Shown piece after piece: positions 8,171 to 16,805 of a DNA stretch of 64,000 nucleotides. The stretch's first letter is position 1; each line of letters starts with the position of its first letter. The DNA comes from Elusimicrobiota bacterium (GTDB taxonomy: Bacteria; Elusimicrobiota; Elusimicrobia; UBA1565; UBA9628). Under the pieces are notes generated by a model. The model was not told the origin of the DNA. It did not search any database and saw nothing but the letters and a program-made list of their open reading frames with translations. Location: NCBI GenBank assembly GCA_016218545.1, contig JACRDQ010000030.1:256172-320171 (forward strand), read 5' to 3'. The position numbers were made by a program, and so were the translations under genes.

Positions 8171-10285
8171 ATGGAAGAAGACAAGAACAAGAAACTGGCC
8201 TTACGCATCGCCTCGTTGTTGGACGACGTCTCGGAAACGCCGGAGCCCCGGGGCTCCGGCGCTCCGAGCCAGCCGGTCATCTCGCTGAGACCCGCCGTGG
8301 TGGAGGCCCTCCCCGCGGGCGCGGATCTCGGCTCTCCCGCGGTCCAGGCCCCTTCCGAGGTCCTGGCCTCGCCCGAGGTCGGGTCCGCTGTGATGGATAT
8401 CCTGCCCATCTGGGCTGACCCCGACTTTCCTGCGGAGCAGGCCGTGCCCGCGCCGGCCGAAGGGGCCGCGGCCAGCGCGGCCCCCAAGAGGTCCGTGCTG
8501 GTGGTCGACGATGACCGGGACTACCGGCGGATGGTCCGGGCCCTGCTTTCCGGCAACGGCTATGACGTCTACGAGGCCGAGGATGGGCGCCGGGCTCTGC
8601 AGTTGATCGCGCTGCACCGTCCGGACCTGGTGCTCGTGGACTTCAACATGCCGCGGATGAACGGCTACGAGATGATCCAGGAGGTGCGGAGCCGGTTCGA
8701 GACCCGCGCCATTCCGATCATCATGTTCACCGGCGCTTCCAACCGGAGCCACCTGCGGAGCCTGGGCATGGCTATCTCGGATTTCCTGGAGAAGCCGGTG
8801 TCCAATGTCAGGCTGCTGGAGAGCATCTCCAGCGTGCTCGGCGCGGAGCCGTCTCCCGAGCTCATGGGAGCGGAGTCCGCCCCGTCTCCCCGGATCGTTG
8901 CGCCGCCGAAGGCTCCGGAGACGACGCCGTCCCCGAAAGTCGTCGCAGCCGAAACCATGGCTGAGAAGCCTCCGGCGGCGCCGGCGGAGCCCGCTCCGAC
9001 GGGCCTGCCGCCGGAGCCGCTCGAAGAAGGGGACGAGGACGGGACCGAGCTCCTGCAGATCGAGGAGGAGAAGAAGGAGGAGGAGAGGCAGGAGGTCATC
9101 AGCCTCGAGCACCAGGCCAATGAGTCCCCGGTCATCAGCCAGGTGAACCGCATCCTCGTCAAGGCCGTGGGGATGCGCGCCTCCGACATCCACATCGAGC
9201 CTCAGGAGAAGCACATCACGGTCCGCGTGAGGGTCGACGGCACTCTCAAGCTCCTGTGCACCCTGCCCCTCTCCATCCATCCCCGCCTGAGCGCCCGCAT
9301 CAAGATCATGTCCAGCCTGGTCATCACGGAGAGACGCCTTCCCCAGGACGGGCAGTTCAAGACCCAGATCAGGGGCAGCCGGGTCGAGTTCCGGGTGAGC
9401 ACGCTCCCGTGCCTGCACGGCGAGAAGATCGTCATGCGCATCTTGGGCACCAGCAAGCTCAACGCCGATCTGGCCCAGATGAGCCTCCGTCCCCGCGACC
9501 TGGGCTGCGTGGAGAGGGCGCTCAGGACCCCTCACGGCCTCATCCTCGTGACCGGCCCCACCGGGAGCGGCAAGACCACCACCCTCTACACCATGATCAG
9601 CGTCCTCAACAAGCCCGAAGTCAACATCCTGACCGCCGAGGACCCCGTGGAGTACGAGGTGCCGGACATCTCGCAGGTCAAGGTCCTGCCGTCCATCGGC
9701 CTGACCTTCGAGTCCGCTCTGCGGGCCTTCCTGAGGCAGGACCCGGACATCATGCTCATCGGCGAGATCCGCGACCTGGAGACGGCCAACATCGCGGTCA
9801 AGGCCTCTATCACCGGACACCTGGTCTTCTCCACCCTGCATACCAACGGCGCCGTCGCCACCGTGACGAGGCTCGTCCACATGGGGGTGGCGCCCTATCT
9901 CGTCGCGGCCAGCGTCAAGCTCGTGGCGGCCCAGCGCCTGGTCCGGGACCTCTGCCCGTCCTGCAAGGTCCCCGGCGAGGTCTCCGACGACGAGAAGAAG
10001 TTCCTCGCGGAGGAGGAGGTCGCCAGGCTCCGATCCGTCTGGCGGAGCGCGGGGTGTCCCGCCTGCCATCAGACGGGGTACTCGGGGCGCTCGGCCCTCT
10101 TCGAGATCATGCCCCTGGACTCGGCGGCCATGCGCCAGCTCATCTGCGCCGGAGACAAGGCGGAGGAGCTCAACCGTCTGGCCCTTGCGGAGGGCATGAC
10201 CACCCTGCGGCAAGCCGCCTTGGAGGCGGTGGCGCGGGGCACGACCTCGTTGAGCGAGGCGCTCAAGGTCATGCTGGGGGGATGA
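8171..10285 (+). CDS. Response-regulator receiver domain fused to a GspE/PilB-type secretion/pilus ATPase
   Basis: REC domain (VLVVDDDRDYRRMV...DLVLVDFNMPRMNG...PIIMFTG), then a Pro/Glu-rich linker, then the ATPase core. Core motifs: ASDIHIEP, RRLPQDGQF, Walker A GPTGSGKTTT, DPDIMLIGEIRD, TGHLVFSTLHTN, and the tetracysteine CPSC...CPAC. The canonical T2SSE N-domain is absent. Start uncertain: ATG 8171 or TTG 8138. Confidence 0.85.
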   Translation: MEEDKNKKLALRIASLLDDVSETPEPRGSGAPSQPVISLRPAVVEALPAGADLGSPAVQAPSEVLASPEVGSAVMDILPIWADPDFPAEQAVPAPAEGAAASAAPKRSVLVVDDDRDYRRMVRALLSGNGYDVYEAEDGRRALQLIALHRPDLVLVDFNMPRMNGYEMIQEVRSRFETRAIPIIMFTGASNRSHLRSLGMAISDFLEKPVSNVRLLESISSVLGAEPSPELMGAESAPSPRIVAPPKAPETTPSPKVVAAETMAEKPPAAPAEPAPTGLPPEPLEEGDEDGTELLQIEEEKKEEERQEVISLEHQANESPVISQVNRILVKAVGMRASDIHIEPQEKHITVRVRVDGTLKLLCTLPLSIHPRLSARIKIMSSLVITERRLPQDGQFKTQIRGSRVEFRVSTLPCLHGEKIVMRILGTSKLNADLAQMSLRPRDLGCVERALRTPHGLILVTGPTGSGKTTTLYTMISVLNKPEVNILTAEDPVEYEVPDISQVKVLPSIGLTFESALRAFLRQDPDIMLIGEIRDLETANIAVKASITGHLVFSTLHTNGAVATVTRLVHMGVAPYLVAASVKLVAAQRLVRDLCPSCKVPGEVSDDEKKFLAEEEVARLRSVWRSAGCPACHQTGYSGRSALFEIMPLDSAAMRQLICAGDKAEELNRLALAEGMTTLRQAALEAVARGTTSLSEALKVMLGG

Positions 10286-10286
10286 T

Positions 10287-11048
10287 ATGCCCGGCATGCC
10301 GTTGGTCGAGGCCTTTCGGGGCGACCTCACGACCCAGGAGCTCTGTCGTCGGGGACGCCTCAAGCTCAGGCGTTTCGATCCTCCCGGCTACGCGGAGGCC
10401 GTCGCCTTCTTCTCGGACGCGCGGGAAGGCGATCCGGAGTGCGCGGTCTCCGTGGCCGCCCTGGCCGAAGCCTACTCGCACTGGGGTTTCGCGAGGAAGC
10501 TCATAGGGCAGGAGAGCGAGAGCTATTTCCTCCTGGCTTTCGAGAACGCCTGCTTGGCGCTGGAGATGGCCCCTGAACTCGCCGAGACGCACCGGGCCAT
10601 GGCCGTCTGCCTGAGGCACCGGCCGCGCCGCGGCCCCGAGCAGGGACTCGCCGAGGCGTCGGCAGCGGTGAGGATCAACCCTTACGACGCCATGTCCTGC
10701 TACGAGCTCTGGCGGGCGATGGGCCATGACCCCGAGTCACCCATGATCCACAAGGCCCTGGCGCTCGATCCCGCGCTGCTGACCGTCAACAATGACCTGG
10801 CGGTGTCGCTCATGGAAGCGGAGCGCGCCCAAGAGGCCGGCTTCCATCTGCGCCAGTGCCTGCGGGTCAATTACGAGAACGCGGTGGCCCGATACAACAT
10901 GGTCCTGCTCCTCGCCTGCCGCGGCAAGACCGAGCAGGCGCAGACCCTGCTCGAGGCCTGGCTGAAGGGGCCCGATTTCGAGCCGCTGGTGCGCAGCGGG
11001 AACGCGTCGCTGGCTGACCCGCGCTCCACGGGGGGGATCCTCTTATGA
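10287..11048 (+). CDS. TPR-like helical-repeat protein
   Basis: Helical-repeat composition (AEAVAFFSDAREGDPECAVSVAALAEAY...NAVARYNMVLLLACRGKTEQAQTLLEAWL). It starts 1 nt after the upstream stop and overlaps the downstream start (ATGA). Confidence 0.5.
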   Translation: MPGMPLVEAFRGDLTTQELCRRGRLKLRRFDPPGYAEAVAFFSDAREGDPECAVSVAALAEAYSHWGFARKLIGQESESYFLLAFENACLALEMAPELAETHRAMAVCLRHRPRRGPEQGLAEASAAVRINPYDAMSCYELWRAMGHDPESPMIHKALALDPALLTVNNDLAVSLMEAERAQEAGFHLRQCLRVNYENAVARYNMVLLLACRGKTEQAQTLLEAWLKGPDFEPLVRSGNASLADPRSTGGILL

Positions 11049-13216
11049 ATCGCTTCCAATCTCCGAGCCAAGATGCCGGGGGCAAGACGCCCGATCAACT
11101 CGGCGCAGAGTTCGTCCTCGAGTTGGGAAGGGCCGTCAAGGTCGTGTCCCTGTACTACGCGAACCACCCGACCGCCCTTCAGACCCTCCGGCAAGTCCAC
11201 GCCATCCTGGAGCGGCTGTTGACCGGCCTTTCCGCGGGGCGCGTCACCTTCTCCCTGGCGGCCGGACGCTGGCTCAGGGATGGTTCCCCCCTGCCTGCCC
11301 CGGGTCCGGGCGCGGACTCCCTGCTCGGCGTGTTCGAGACCCACTCCATCGAGAGCCTCACCTTCCTGGGAGGCATCAGGCCCTTCGAGCTGGTCGCTCT
11401 GGCCGAGGTCGCGGCTTCCGTCCCGACGCGTCCGGGCCGCGCCGCGCTCCAGGAGTTCCTCCAGCAGAGAGGAGTGACCCACATCAAAGCGGACATCGAG
11501 CACTATTCCAAGGAGTCGGCTCCGCAGGGCTCGGACGGTTCCCTGGCGTCCGGCTTGCCGGCCGCCTCCTCGTCCGCTGCCAAGCCCCCTGTCGCGCCTT
11601 CCGTTCTCAGGCCTGCCGCGCCTGCGCCCGCTGGCAAGCCTTCAGCGCCTGCGTCCGCTGCCAAGCCCTCCGCGCCTGCGCCCGCTGGCAAGCCTTCGTC
11701 GCCTGCGCCCGCTGCCAAGCCCTCCGCGCCTGCGCCCGCTGGCAAGCCTTCGTCGCCTGCGCCCGCTGCCAAGCCCTCCGCGCCTGCGTCTGCTGCCAAG
11801 CTTGCCGCGCCGTCGCCTTCGGTCGCTCACAGCGTCCCGGCGCAGCCTCCCAAGCCGGCTCTCCCGCCCGTAGAGGTCCGTGCCTCCGCGGCCGGGATGT
11901 GGGGCCCGCCGTCGAGCCCTGCTCCCGACTCTCACGGGGACAGGCTTGGCGTCAGTTTCGGCAGCGTGCTTCGCAAGCTCGTGGAGACCGCGGTGCAGGA
12001 TCCCGACGAGAGGTCCCACATCTACGAGGACGTGGTGGCCATGGTCAAGGAGACCTTGGACCGCCACGTCGACCAGGCGACGCAGGCGCTCTCGGAGGAG
12101 AAGGCGCGCATCGTCAGGCAGGCCGCCAGGACCGAACGGGTGCTCACCACGGTGGCGGACGGAAAGTTCACCGTGGATAAAGAGGGAAGGGTCCTCATGA
12201 TGAACGCCAGCGCCGAGATGATCACGGGAAAGCGTCTGGCCGACCTCGCGGGCAAGCACATCACCGAGGGCGTCAAGGAGGGGGAGCACATGGTCGCGCT
12301 CGCCGAGGACCTGGCGTCCCCGGCCGTGGACGGAGCAGGGGTCACGGTCGTGGCCGATGAGGCGGTGGGCGGCGCCATGCGCCGCTCCCTGGCCCTGGTC
12401 CGAGACGACGCGGGCCGCGTGGTCGGCACGTACGCCTCCCTCCCCGACGCCGCCAAGTTCAAGGAAGCCCAGCGCCTGCAGGAGGAGTTCCTCTCCCGGG
12501 TGACGCACGACCTCCAGTCCCCGCTGGCCGCCATCTGCAGCGGACTCGAGCTCCTCGCGGACAAGGTCAGCTCCGTGGGCGGTCCCGAGACGGCCCAGTA
12601 CATCGACATCTGCATGCGCAACAGCCGTCACCTCTCGGGGATGATCCGCGAGATCCTCGATTTCTCGAAGCTCGACTCGGGCAAGATGACGGTGCACCCG
12701 GCCCCTGTCTCGGCCTCAAGCCTCCTCAAGGAGGCGGTGGAGAGCCTCCAGCCCTGGGCCAAGACCAGGAAGCTCCGCCTGGAAGCGCGTTCTGCCCACG
12801 CGGATTTCTCGGTGCTGGCGGACCAGCCGCGCGTCGTCCAGGTGCTGACCAACCTCATCTCGAACGCGGTCAAGTCCACAAAGGAAGGGGGCTCGATCAC
12901 CGTGGCGGCGGTCCCGGCAGCGGAGGACGGGCAGGGGATCTTCGCGGTGAAGGACACGGGGAGCGGGATCTCCCCTGAGGACCTCGGCCGCATCTTCGAG
13001 AAGTTCGTCCAGGTCGGGGACGGCCGCAGGGACGGGGTGGGACTCGGGCTTTCCATCGTCCAGGAGTTCGTCCGATTGCACGGCGGCGCGGTCTGGGCCG
13101 AGAGCGAGCCCGGCAAGGGTTCGGTGTTCTACTTCACGCTCCCCTTGTCGCAAGCCGGAGTCATCGGCCCCGCGGCGCAGGAGGTCCTGCCGCCTTCGGG
13201 GCGGCCCCGGCACTGA
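11045..13216 (+). CDS. Sensor histidine kinase (cytoplasmic; N-terminal helical domain, PAPAxKPS repeat linker, PAS-like, HisKA, HATPase_c)
   Basis: H-box FLSRVTHDLQSPLAAI, N-box LISNAVKST, G-boxes KDTGSGISPEDL and GVGLGLSIV. No obvious TM segments. Confidence 0.85.
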   Translation: MNRFQSPSQDAGGKTPDQLGAEFVLELGRAVKVVSLYYANHPTALQTLRQVHAILERLLTGLSAGRVTFSLAAGRWLRDGSPLPAPGPGADSLLGVFETHSIESLTFLGGIRPFELVALAEVAASVPTRPGRAALQEFLQQRGVTHIKADIEHYSKESAPQGSDGSLASGLPAASSSAAKPPVAPSVLRPAAPAPAGKPSAPASAAKPSAPAPAGKPSSPAPAAKPSAPAPAGKPSSPAPAAKPSAPASAAKLAAPSPSVAHSVPAQPPKPALPPVEVRASAAGMWGPPSSPAPDSHGDRLGVSFGSVLRKLVETAVQDPDERSHIYEDVVAMVKETLDRHVDQATQALSEEKARIVRQAARTERVLTTVADGKFTVDKEGRVLMMNASAEMITGKRLADLAGKHITEGVKEGEHMVALAEDLASPAVDGAGVTVVADEAVGGAMRRSLALVRDDAGRVVGTYASLPDAAKFKEAQRLQEEFLSRVTHDLQSPLAAICSGLELLADKVSSVGGPETAQYIDICMRNSRHLSGMIREILDFSKLDSGKMTVHPAPVSASSLLKEAVESLQPWAKTRKLRLEARSAHADFSVLADQPRVVQVLTNLISNAVKSTKEGGSITVAAVPAAEDGQGIFAVKDTGSGISPEDLGRIFEKFVQVGDGRRDGVGLGLSIVQEFVRLHGGAVWAESEPGKGSVFYFTLPLSQAGVIGPAAQEVLPPSGRPRH
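11617..11805 (+). repeat. In-frame 27-nt tandem repeat x7 encoding (A/S)PA(P/S)A(G/A)KPS
   Basis: Read directly from the sequence: gcgcctgcgcccgctggcaagccttc(a/g)... alternating with gcgcctgcg(t/c)c(c/t)gctgccaagccctcc. It encodes APAPAGKPS/APASAAKPS/APAPAGKPS/SPAPAAKPS/APAPAGKPS/SPAPAAKPS/APASAAKLA. Confidence 0.85.
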
Positions 13217-13298
13217 CGCTCCCGGCCGGCCCGGCGCGGGCCTCCGGGCGACGTCATTGCGGGGGCGGGAACAAGTATGTTACCTTGAAGCCTCCCGC

Positions 13299-14021
13299 AT
13301 GAGCGATACCTGGTACCAGGAACTGGCCCTCCAGTTCGAGGACGGCACGACGGAGTCCGTTTTCCTGGACATGACCCGCAGCGGCAGGCACAAGCCGCGC
13401 GTGGCGGCCATGCCCGCCCCGTGGACGAAGCTGGAGTTCGAGCGCTGCCCGAGCTGCACGCTTCCTCCGGAGGCGGGCTGGTGCCCGGCCGCCCTCTCGC
13501 TGGAGGAGACCATCTCCAGGCTGAGCCAGCGGACCTCCATCGAGATCGTCACCGCGACCTCGGTGGACAGCGAGAACCGCTGTACGACCGTGAAGTGGCC
13601 CCTCCAGCAGGTGGGAGCGGCCTTCGTCCAGATCGCGGTCTTCTCCAGCGGGTGTCCGGTGGGAGCGCAGTTCCGGTCCATGCTCCAGGACCTGCGGCCC
13701 TTCTCCACGACCAAGGAGGTCGGCCGCCACATCGTGCTCAAGCACCTGCTGCGCCACGCCGGCTCGGTCGATGGGGCCAAGGCCGCGGTCCTCGCGAGGC
13801 TGGGGCCGCTCCGGGAGGTCTTCGGTCAGCTCTTCAAGCGCATCCAGGGCATCCCCCGCGGGGCCTCCCAGGACGCCATCCCGAACTCGATCGTGCACGT
13901 GCACGCCATGACCCAGCATCTGGAGCTCATGGTGGAGGACCTCGTGGAGGACCTCCTCAGGGAGACCCAGGTGCCGCCGACTCCGCAGCCCAAGAAGCCT
14001 CCGCCGGATCCGTCGACTTGA
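13299..14021 (+). CDS. Hypothetical protein (Cys-containing N-terminal half, Pro-rich tail)
   Basis: High-GC3 ORF with no family recognised. Contains CPSC...WCPA and SSGCP. Start placed at ATG 13299 (MSDTWYQE). Its 3' end overlaps the convergent gene by 65 nt. Confidence 0.5.
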   Translation: MSDTWYQELALQFEDGTTESVFLDMTRSGRHKPRVAAMPAPWTKLEFERCPSCTLPPEAGWCPAALSLEETISRLSQRTSIEIVTATSVDSENRCTTVKWPLQQVGAAFVQIAVFSSGCPVGAQFRSMLQDLRPFSTTKEVGRHIVLKHLLRHAGSVDGAKAAVLARLGPLREVFGQLFKRIQGIPRGASQDAIPNSIVHVHAMTQHLELMVEDLVEDLLRETQVPPTPQPKKPPPDPST

Positions 14022-15177
14022 ACTTCCGCTGGTTGTAGTCCGCCCGCGTCACCGTGATGAACCTCTTGGTGGTGTCGCCCTTGTGGTCGAAGACGATCGT
14101 CCCCATCATGCTCTCGTGGCGGATCTCCCTGAGGACGTCGAGGAGCGGCTTGCGGCGCTCGAGCGAGACGGCCAGGGCCGAGACGACCAGGCGTCCCGCC
14201 TCGTAGGCGTAGTGGTCGAAGGTCCTCGGCCCGGCGCCGCCCTCGGGGCGCTCCCGCCGGTAGCGCTCGACGAAGTCCCCGGCGCTGGGCAGGTGCTCCA
14301 CCGGGATGCCGCCCACCGTGAAGTACGCTCCGTGGACCGCGGGGCCGGCGATCTTGAAGATCTCGGGGGCCTTGGCGCCGTCGCCGGTCATGAAGGCTGC
14401 GGTCATGCCCTGGCCGCGCGCCTCCTTGACGATGCGCCCGGCCTCGTTGTAGTCCCCGCCGAAGAAGATGCCGTCCGGCTTGAACCGGGAGGCCCACTCG
14501 ACGACTTCCCTGAAATCCGCGGCGCCCTTGGCCACGGCCTCGGCCGCCACCACGCGGCCTCCCTTCTCCGTGAAGCGCTTGGAGAACTCCTCGGACAGGC
14601 CGCGGCCGTAGGCGGTGCCGTCGTGGAGGACCGCGAAGGCCCTGAGGTTGAGGCGGTCGTAGGCGAACTCCGCGGTGAAGGAGCCCTGGATGTCGTCGGC
14701 AGGCGGCAGGCGGAAGACCACGCGGGGCCAGGACCAGTCCGGCTTGGTCTGCTGGACCGTGAGTTCCGGGTTCGTGGCCGAGGGGGTGATCATGGGGATC
14801 CCGGCCTTGGCGTAGACGCGGGAGGCGGCCAAAGAGCAGCCCGAGGTGAGGTGGCCCACCACGGCCTTGACCTTCGGGTCGGCGGCGATGCGCTCCGCCA
14901 CCCGCACGGCCTCCTCGGGCCGGGCCTGGTCGTCGAAGGCGCTGACCTCGATGCGGGTGGGGGGGAACTCGATGGGCTTGGCCTCGGCTGCGGCCATGCG
15001 CACCGCGGCCAGGAGGCCCTCGCCGTCGGCCGCCAATGGGCCGCTCAGGGGTGCTGCCACCGCGATGCGGACCGTCTTGGGCTCCCCGCCGCCGCAGGCC
15101 GCCAGCAGGGCCGCGAGCGCCAGGGCCTTGGCCCAGGCTGGCTGCGGCCGGCCGGCGGGGCGGGGGGGAGGCTTCAT
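13957..15177 (-). CDS. ABC-transporter substrate-binding lipoprotein, Leu/Ile/Val-binding (type I PBP) family
   Basis: Lipoprotein signal with lipobox (LAALLAACGGG). RIAVAAPLSGPLAADGEG, VVGHLTSG and FFGGDY are typical of LivK-like binding proteins. Its start overlaps the upstream stop (ATGA). Confidence 0.8.
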   Translation of the reverse strand: MKPPPRPAGRPQPAWAKALALAALLAACGGGEPKTVRIAVAAPLSGPLAADGEGLLAAVRMAAAEAKPIEFPPTRIEVSAFDDQARPEEAVRVAERIAADPKVKAVVGHLTSGCSLAASRVYAKAGIPMITPSATNPELTVQQTKPDWSWPRVVFRLPPADDIQGSFTAEFAYDRLNLRAFAVLHDGTAYGRGLSEEFSKRFTEKGGRVVAAEAVAKGAADFREVVEWASRFKPDGIFFGGDYNEAGRIVKEARGQGMTAAFMTGDGAKAPEIFKIAGPAVHGAYFTVGGIPVEHLPSAGDFVERYRRERPEGGAGPRTFDHYAYEAGRLVVSALAVSLERRKPLLDVLREIRHESMMGTIVFDHKGDTTKRFITVTRADYNQRKFKSTDPAEASWAAESAAPGSP

Positions 15178-15707
15178 CCCCTCAGGTAGAACCTCAGGTT
15201 CTCGACGAGGTCCACGGCCTTGCCGAGCTGGTACTGGCAGGACTCGAGCTCCTTGGCCAGCGAGTCCTCGGGGAGGCTCGCGCGCGCCTCCTCGGCCAGG
15301 AGTTTCAGCGAGGCCCCGGCGTTGACGAGGAGGCTCTTGAGCTCCCGGGTCATGACCGAGGCCGTCTGGTTGGCCGACTCCTCGCGCCGGGTCTGGTCGA
15401 GCGCGGTGTCGAAGGCCGTCTTCTGGGCCTGGGCCGCGGTCTCCTCGACCTCGGAGACCTTCATCCTGGAGGCGATGAGCGCGGCGTGCTCGCGCTCGAG
15501 GTCCCGGCGGACCTCGACGAGCTGGCTCTCGCAGCGCGCGACCTTGGCCCGGAGCTTGCCGATGAGCGCCTCGCGCTGGCGGATCGGGTCGAGGAGCTTG
15601 CGGATGCGCTCGACCGGGCCGCGGAGCGACTGGGGCAGGCGGCTGGAGAGCTCCTTGAGCGCGGCGTCGGCCCTCTCGAGCGCGGCCTGGCTGAACGCCA
15701 TGTTCAT
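15174..15707 (-). CDS. Coiled-coil hypothetical protein
   Basis: Heptad-rich, Glu/Arg/Leu-rich sequence (MNMAFSQAALERADAALKELSS...). A CATAAT box directly abuts ATG 15707, so the second ATG (15701) may be a leaderless start. Confidence 0.55.
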   Translation of the reverse strand: MNMAFSQAALERADAALKELSSRLPQSLRGPVERIRKLLDPIRQREALIGKLRAKVARCESQLVEVRRDLEREHAALIASRMKVSEVEETAAQAQKTAFDTALDQTRREESANQTASVMTRELKSLLVNAGASLKLLAEEARASLPEDSLAKELESCQYQLGKAVDLVENLRFYLRG

Positions 15708-15839
15708 ATTATGGCAAAAATACCCGGGAAAATGGGGAAAAGCCCGCCGGGTCGGGAAAAACATGATTTCCGTCATTTGAATTAAACGTCCCAAACGGAT
15801 AAAATATGTTTTGCCCTTGAGTTCTTCCGGGGCCTTCCA

Positions 15840-16805
15840 GTGCCGACCCGAACGCAGACGACGACCAGCCTCGAGGCTTCCCTGGGACGGGTGCGCGCAG
15901 GCATGCAAGCCCGCGCCAAGCGCATCTCCGGCCGCGTGGGCTCCGCCCTGGCCGAGCACGTGTCCCGGCCGGGCAAGATGCTCCGGGCGAGGTTCGCGGT
16001 CCAGGTCGGGGCCGCCCTCGGGGTGGCGCCGGGAAAGACCGAGACGGTCGCCCGCGCCATGGAGCTGGCGCACAACGCCTCTCTCCTCCACGACGATTGC
16101 GTCGACGACGCCTCCCTGCGTCGGGGCCTGCCCACGCCCAACAGCGTCTACGGCTCGACCGTGGCGCTCCTCCTGGGGGACATCGCCTTCACCCAGTCGC
16201 TCGAGGAGGCGCTCGAACTCGGCCCCAAGGCCGTGGAGCGCCTCGTGAGCGCGGCGCGCGAGATGGCCATCGGCGAGCTCCAGGAGGAGTTCCTGCGCGG
16301 CTCCGTGGACGTGACCCTCGAGTCCTACATGGGGGTCGCGGCGCGCAAGACCGGGGCCCTCTTCGAGTGGGGCGGCTTGACGCTCTCGGACCTAAGCCCC
16401 CTCGAGCACGCGGCCGCCGACCCCGCCAGGCTGGGCTCGGCGCTCGGCATCCTCCTGCAGATGGTCGACGACATCCACGACTACACCCTGACGGACGCCG
16501 TGGCCGGCAAGGAGCGGGCCAAGGACGCCAAGATCGGGCGCGTGACCCTTCCCGGGGTCTTTGCGCTCGCGGACGCCTCCCGCCGGGGGCGCTTCCTCGA
16601 GTTGTGGGCCGCGCTGCGCCGGGACCCGCGCGCCGCCTCGGACCTGGCGCGCTTCCTCGACGAGAGCGGGTCGCTCGACGAGGCCCGCGCCGAGTGCCGC
16701 AAGGTGGTCGGGACCATCCTCGAGCTGACCCGGCGCCTGCCGGTCCGGGGAGAGGTCGACGAGGTGGCCGAGTTCGTCTCGGCCATGGCCGAGAGGGAAT
16801 TCTGA
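15840..16805 (+). CDS. Long-chain trans-polyprenyl diphosphate synthase (IspB-like)
   Basis: First Asp-rich motif LLHDDCVDD...RRG and second motif QMVDDIHDY. The distances of RPGKMLRA and DDxxD from GTG 15840 match full-length IspB-type enzymes. Confidence 0.85.
   Translation: MPTRTQTTTSLEASLGRVRAGMQARAKRISGRVGSALAEHVSRPGKMLRARFAVQVGAALGVAPGKTETVARAMELAHNASLLHDDCVDDASLRRGLPTPNSVYGSTVALLLGDIAFTQSLEEALELGPKAVERLVSAAREMAIGELQEEFLRGSVDVTLESYMGVAARKTGALFEWGGLTLSDLSPLEHAAADPARLGSALGILLQMVDDIHDYTLTDAVAGKERAKDAKIGRVTLPGVFALADASRRGRFLELWAALRRDPRAASDLARFLDESGSLDEARAECRKVVGTILELTRRLPVRGEVDEVAEFVSAMAEREF

Noticed and set aside
8201-10363. 720-aa minus-strand ORF
   Set aside because: It is antisense to the REC-GspE gene, which carries Walker A/B and other GspE motifs. 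The product is Arg/Gly/Pro/Asp-rich with no motifs. It is a high-GC artefact.
11617-11805. Possibility that the 27-nt repeats are a CRISPR array or non-coding satellite
   Set aside because: The repeats are directly adjacent with no spacers. They are in frame with the surrounding kinase ORF and encode a coherent PAPAxKPS linker.
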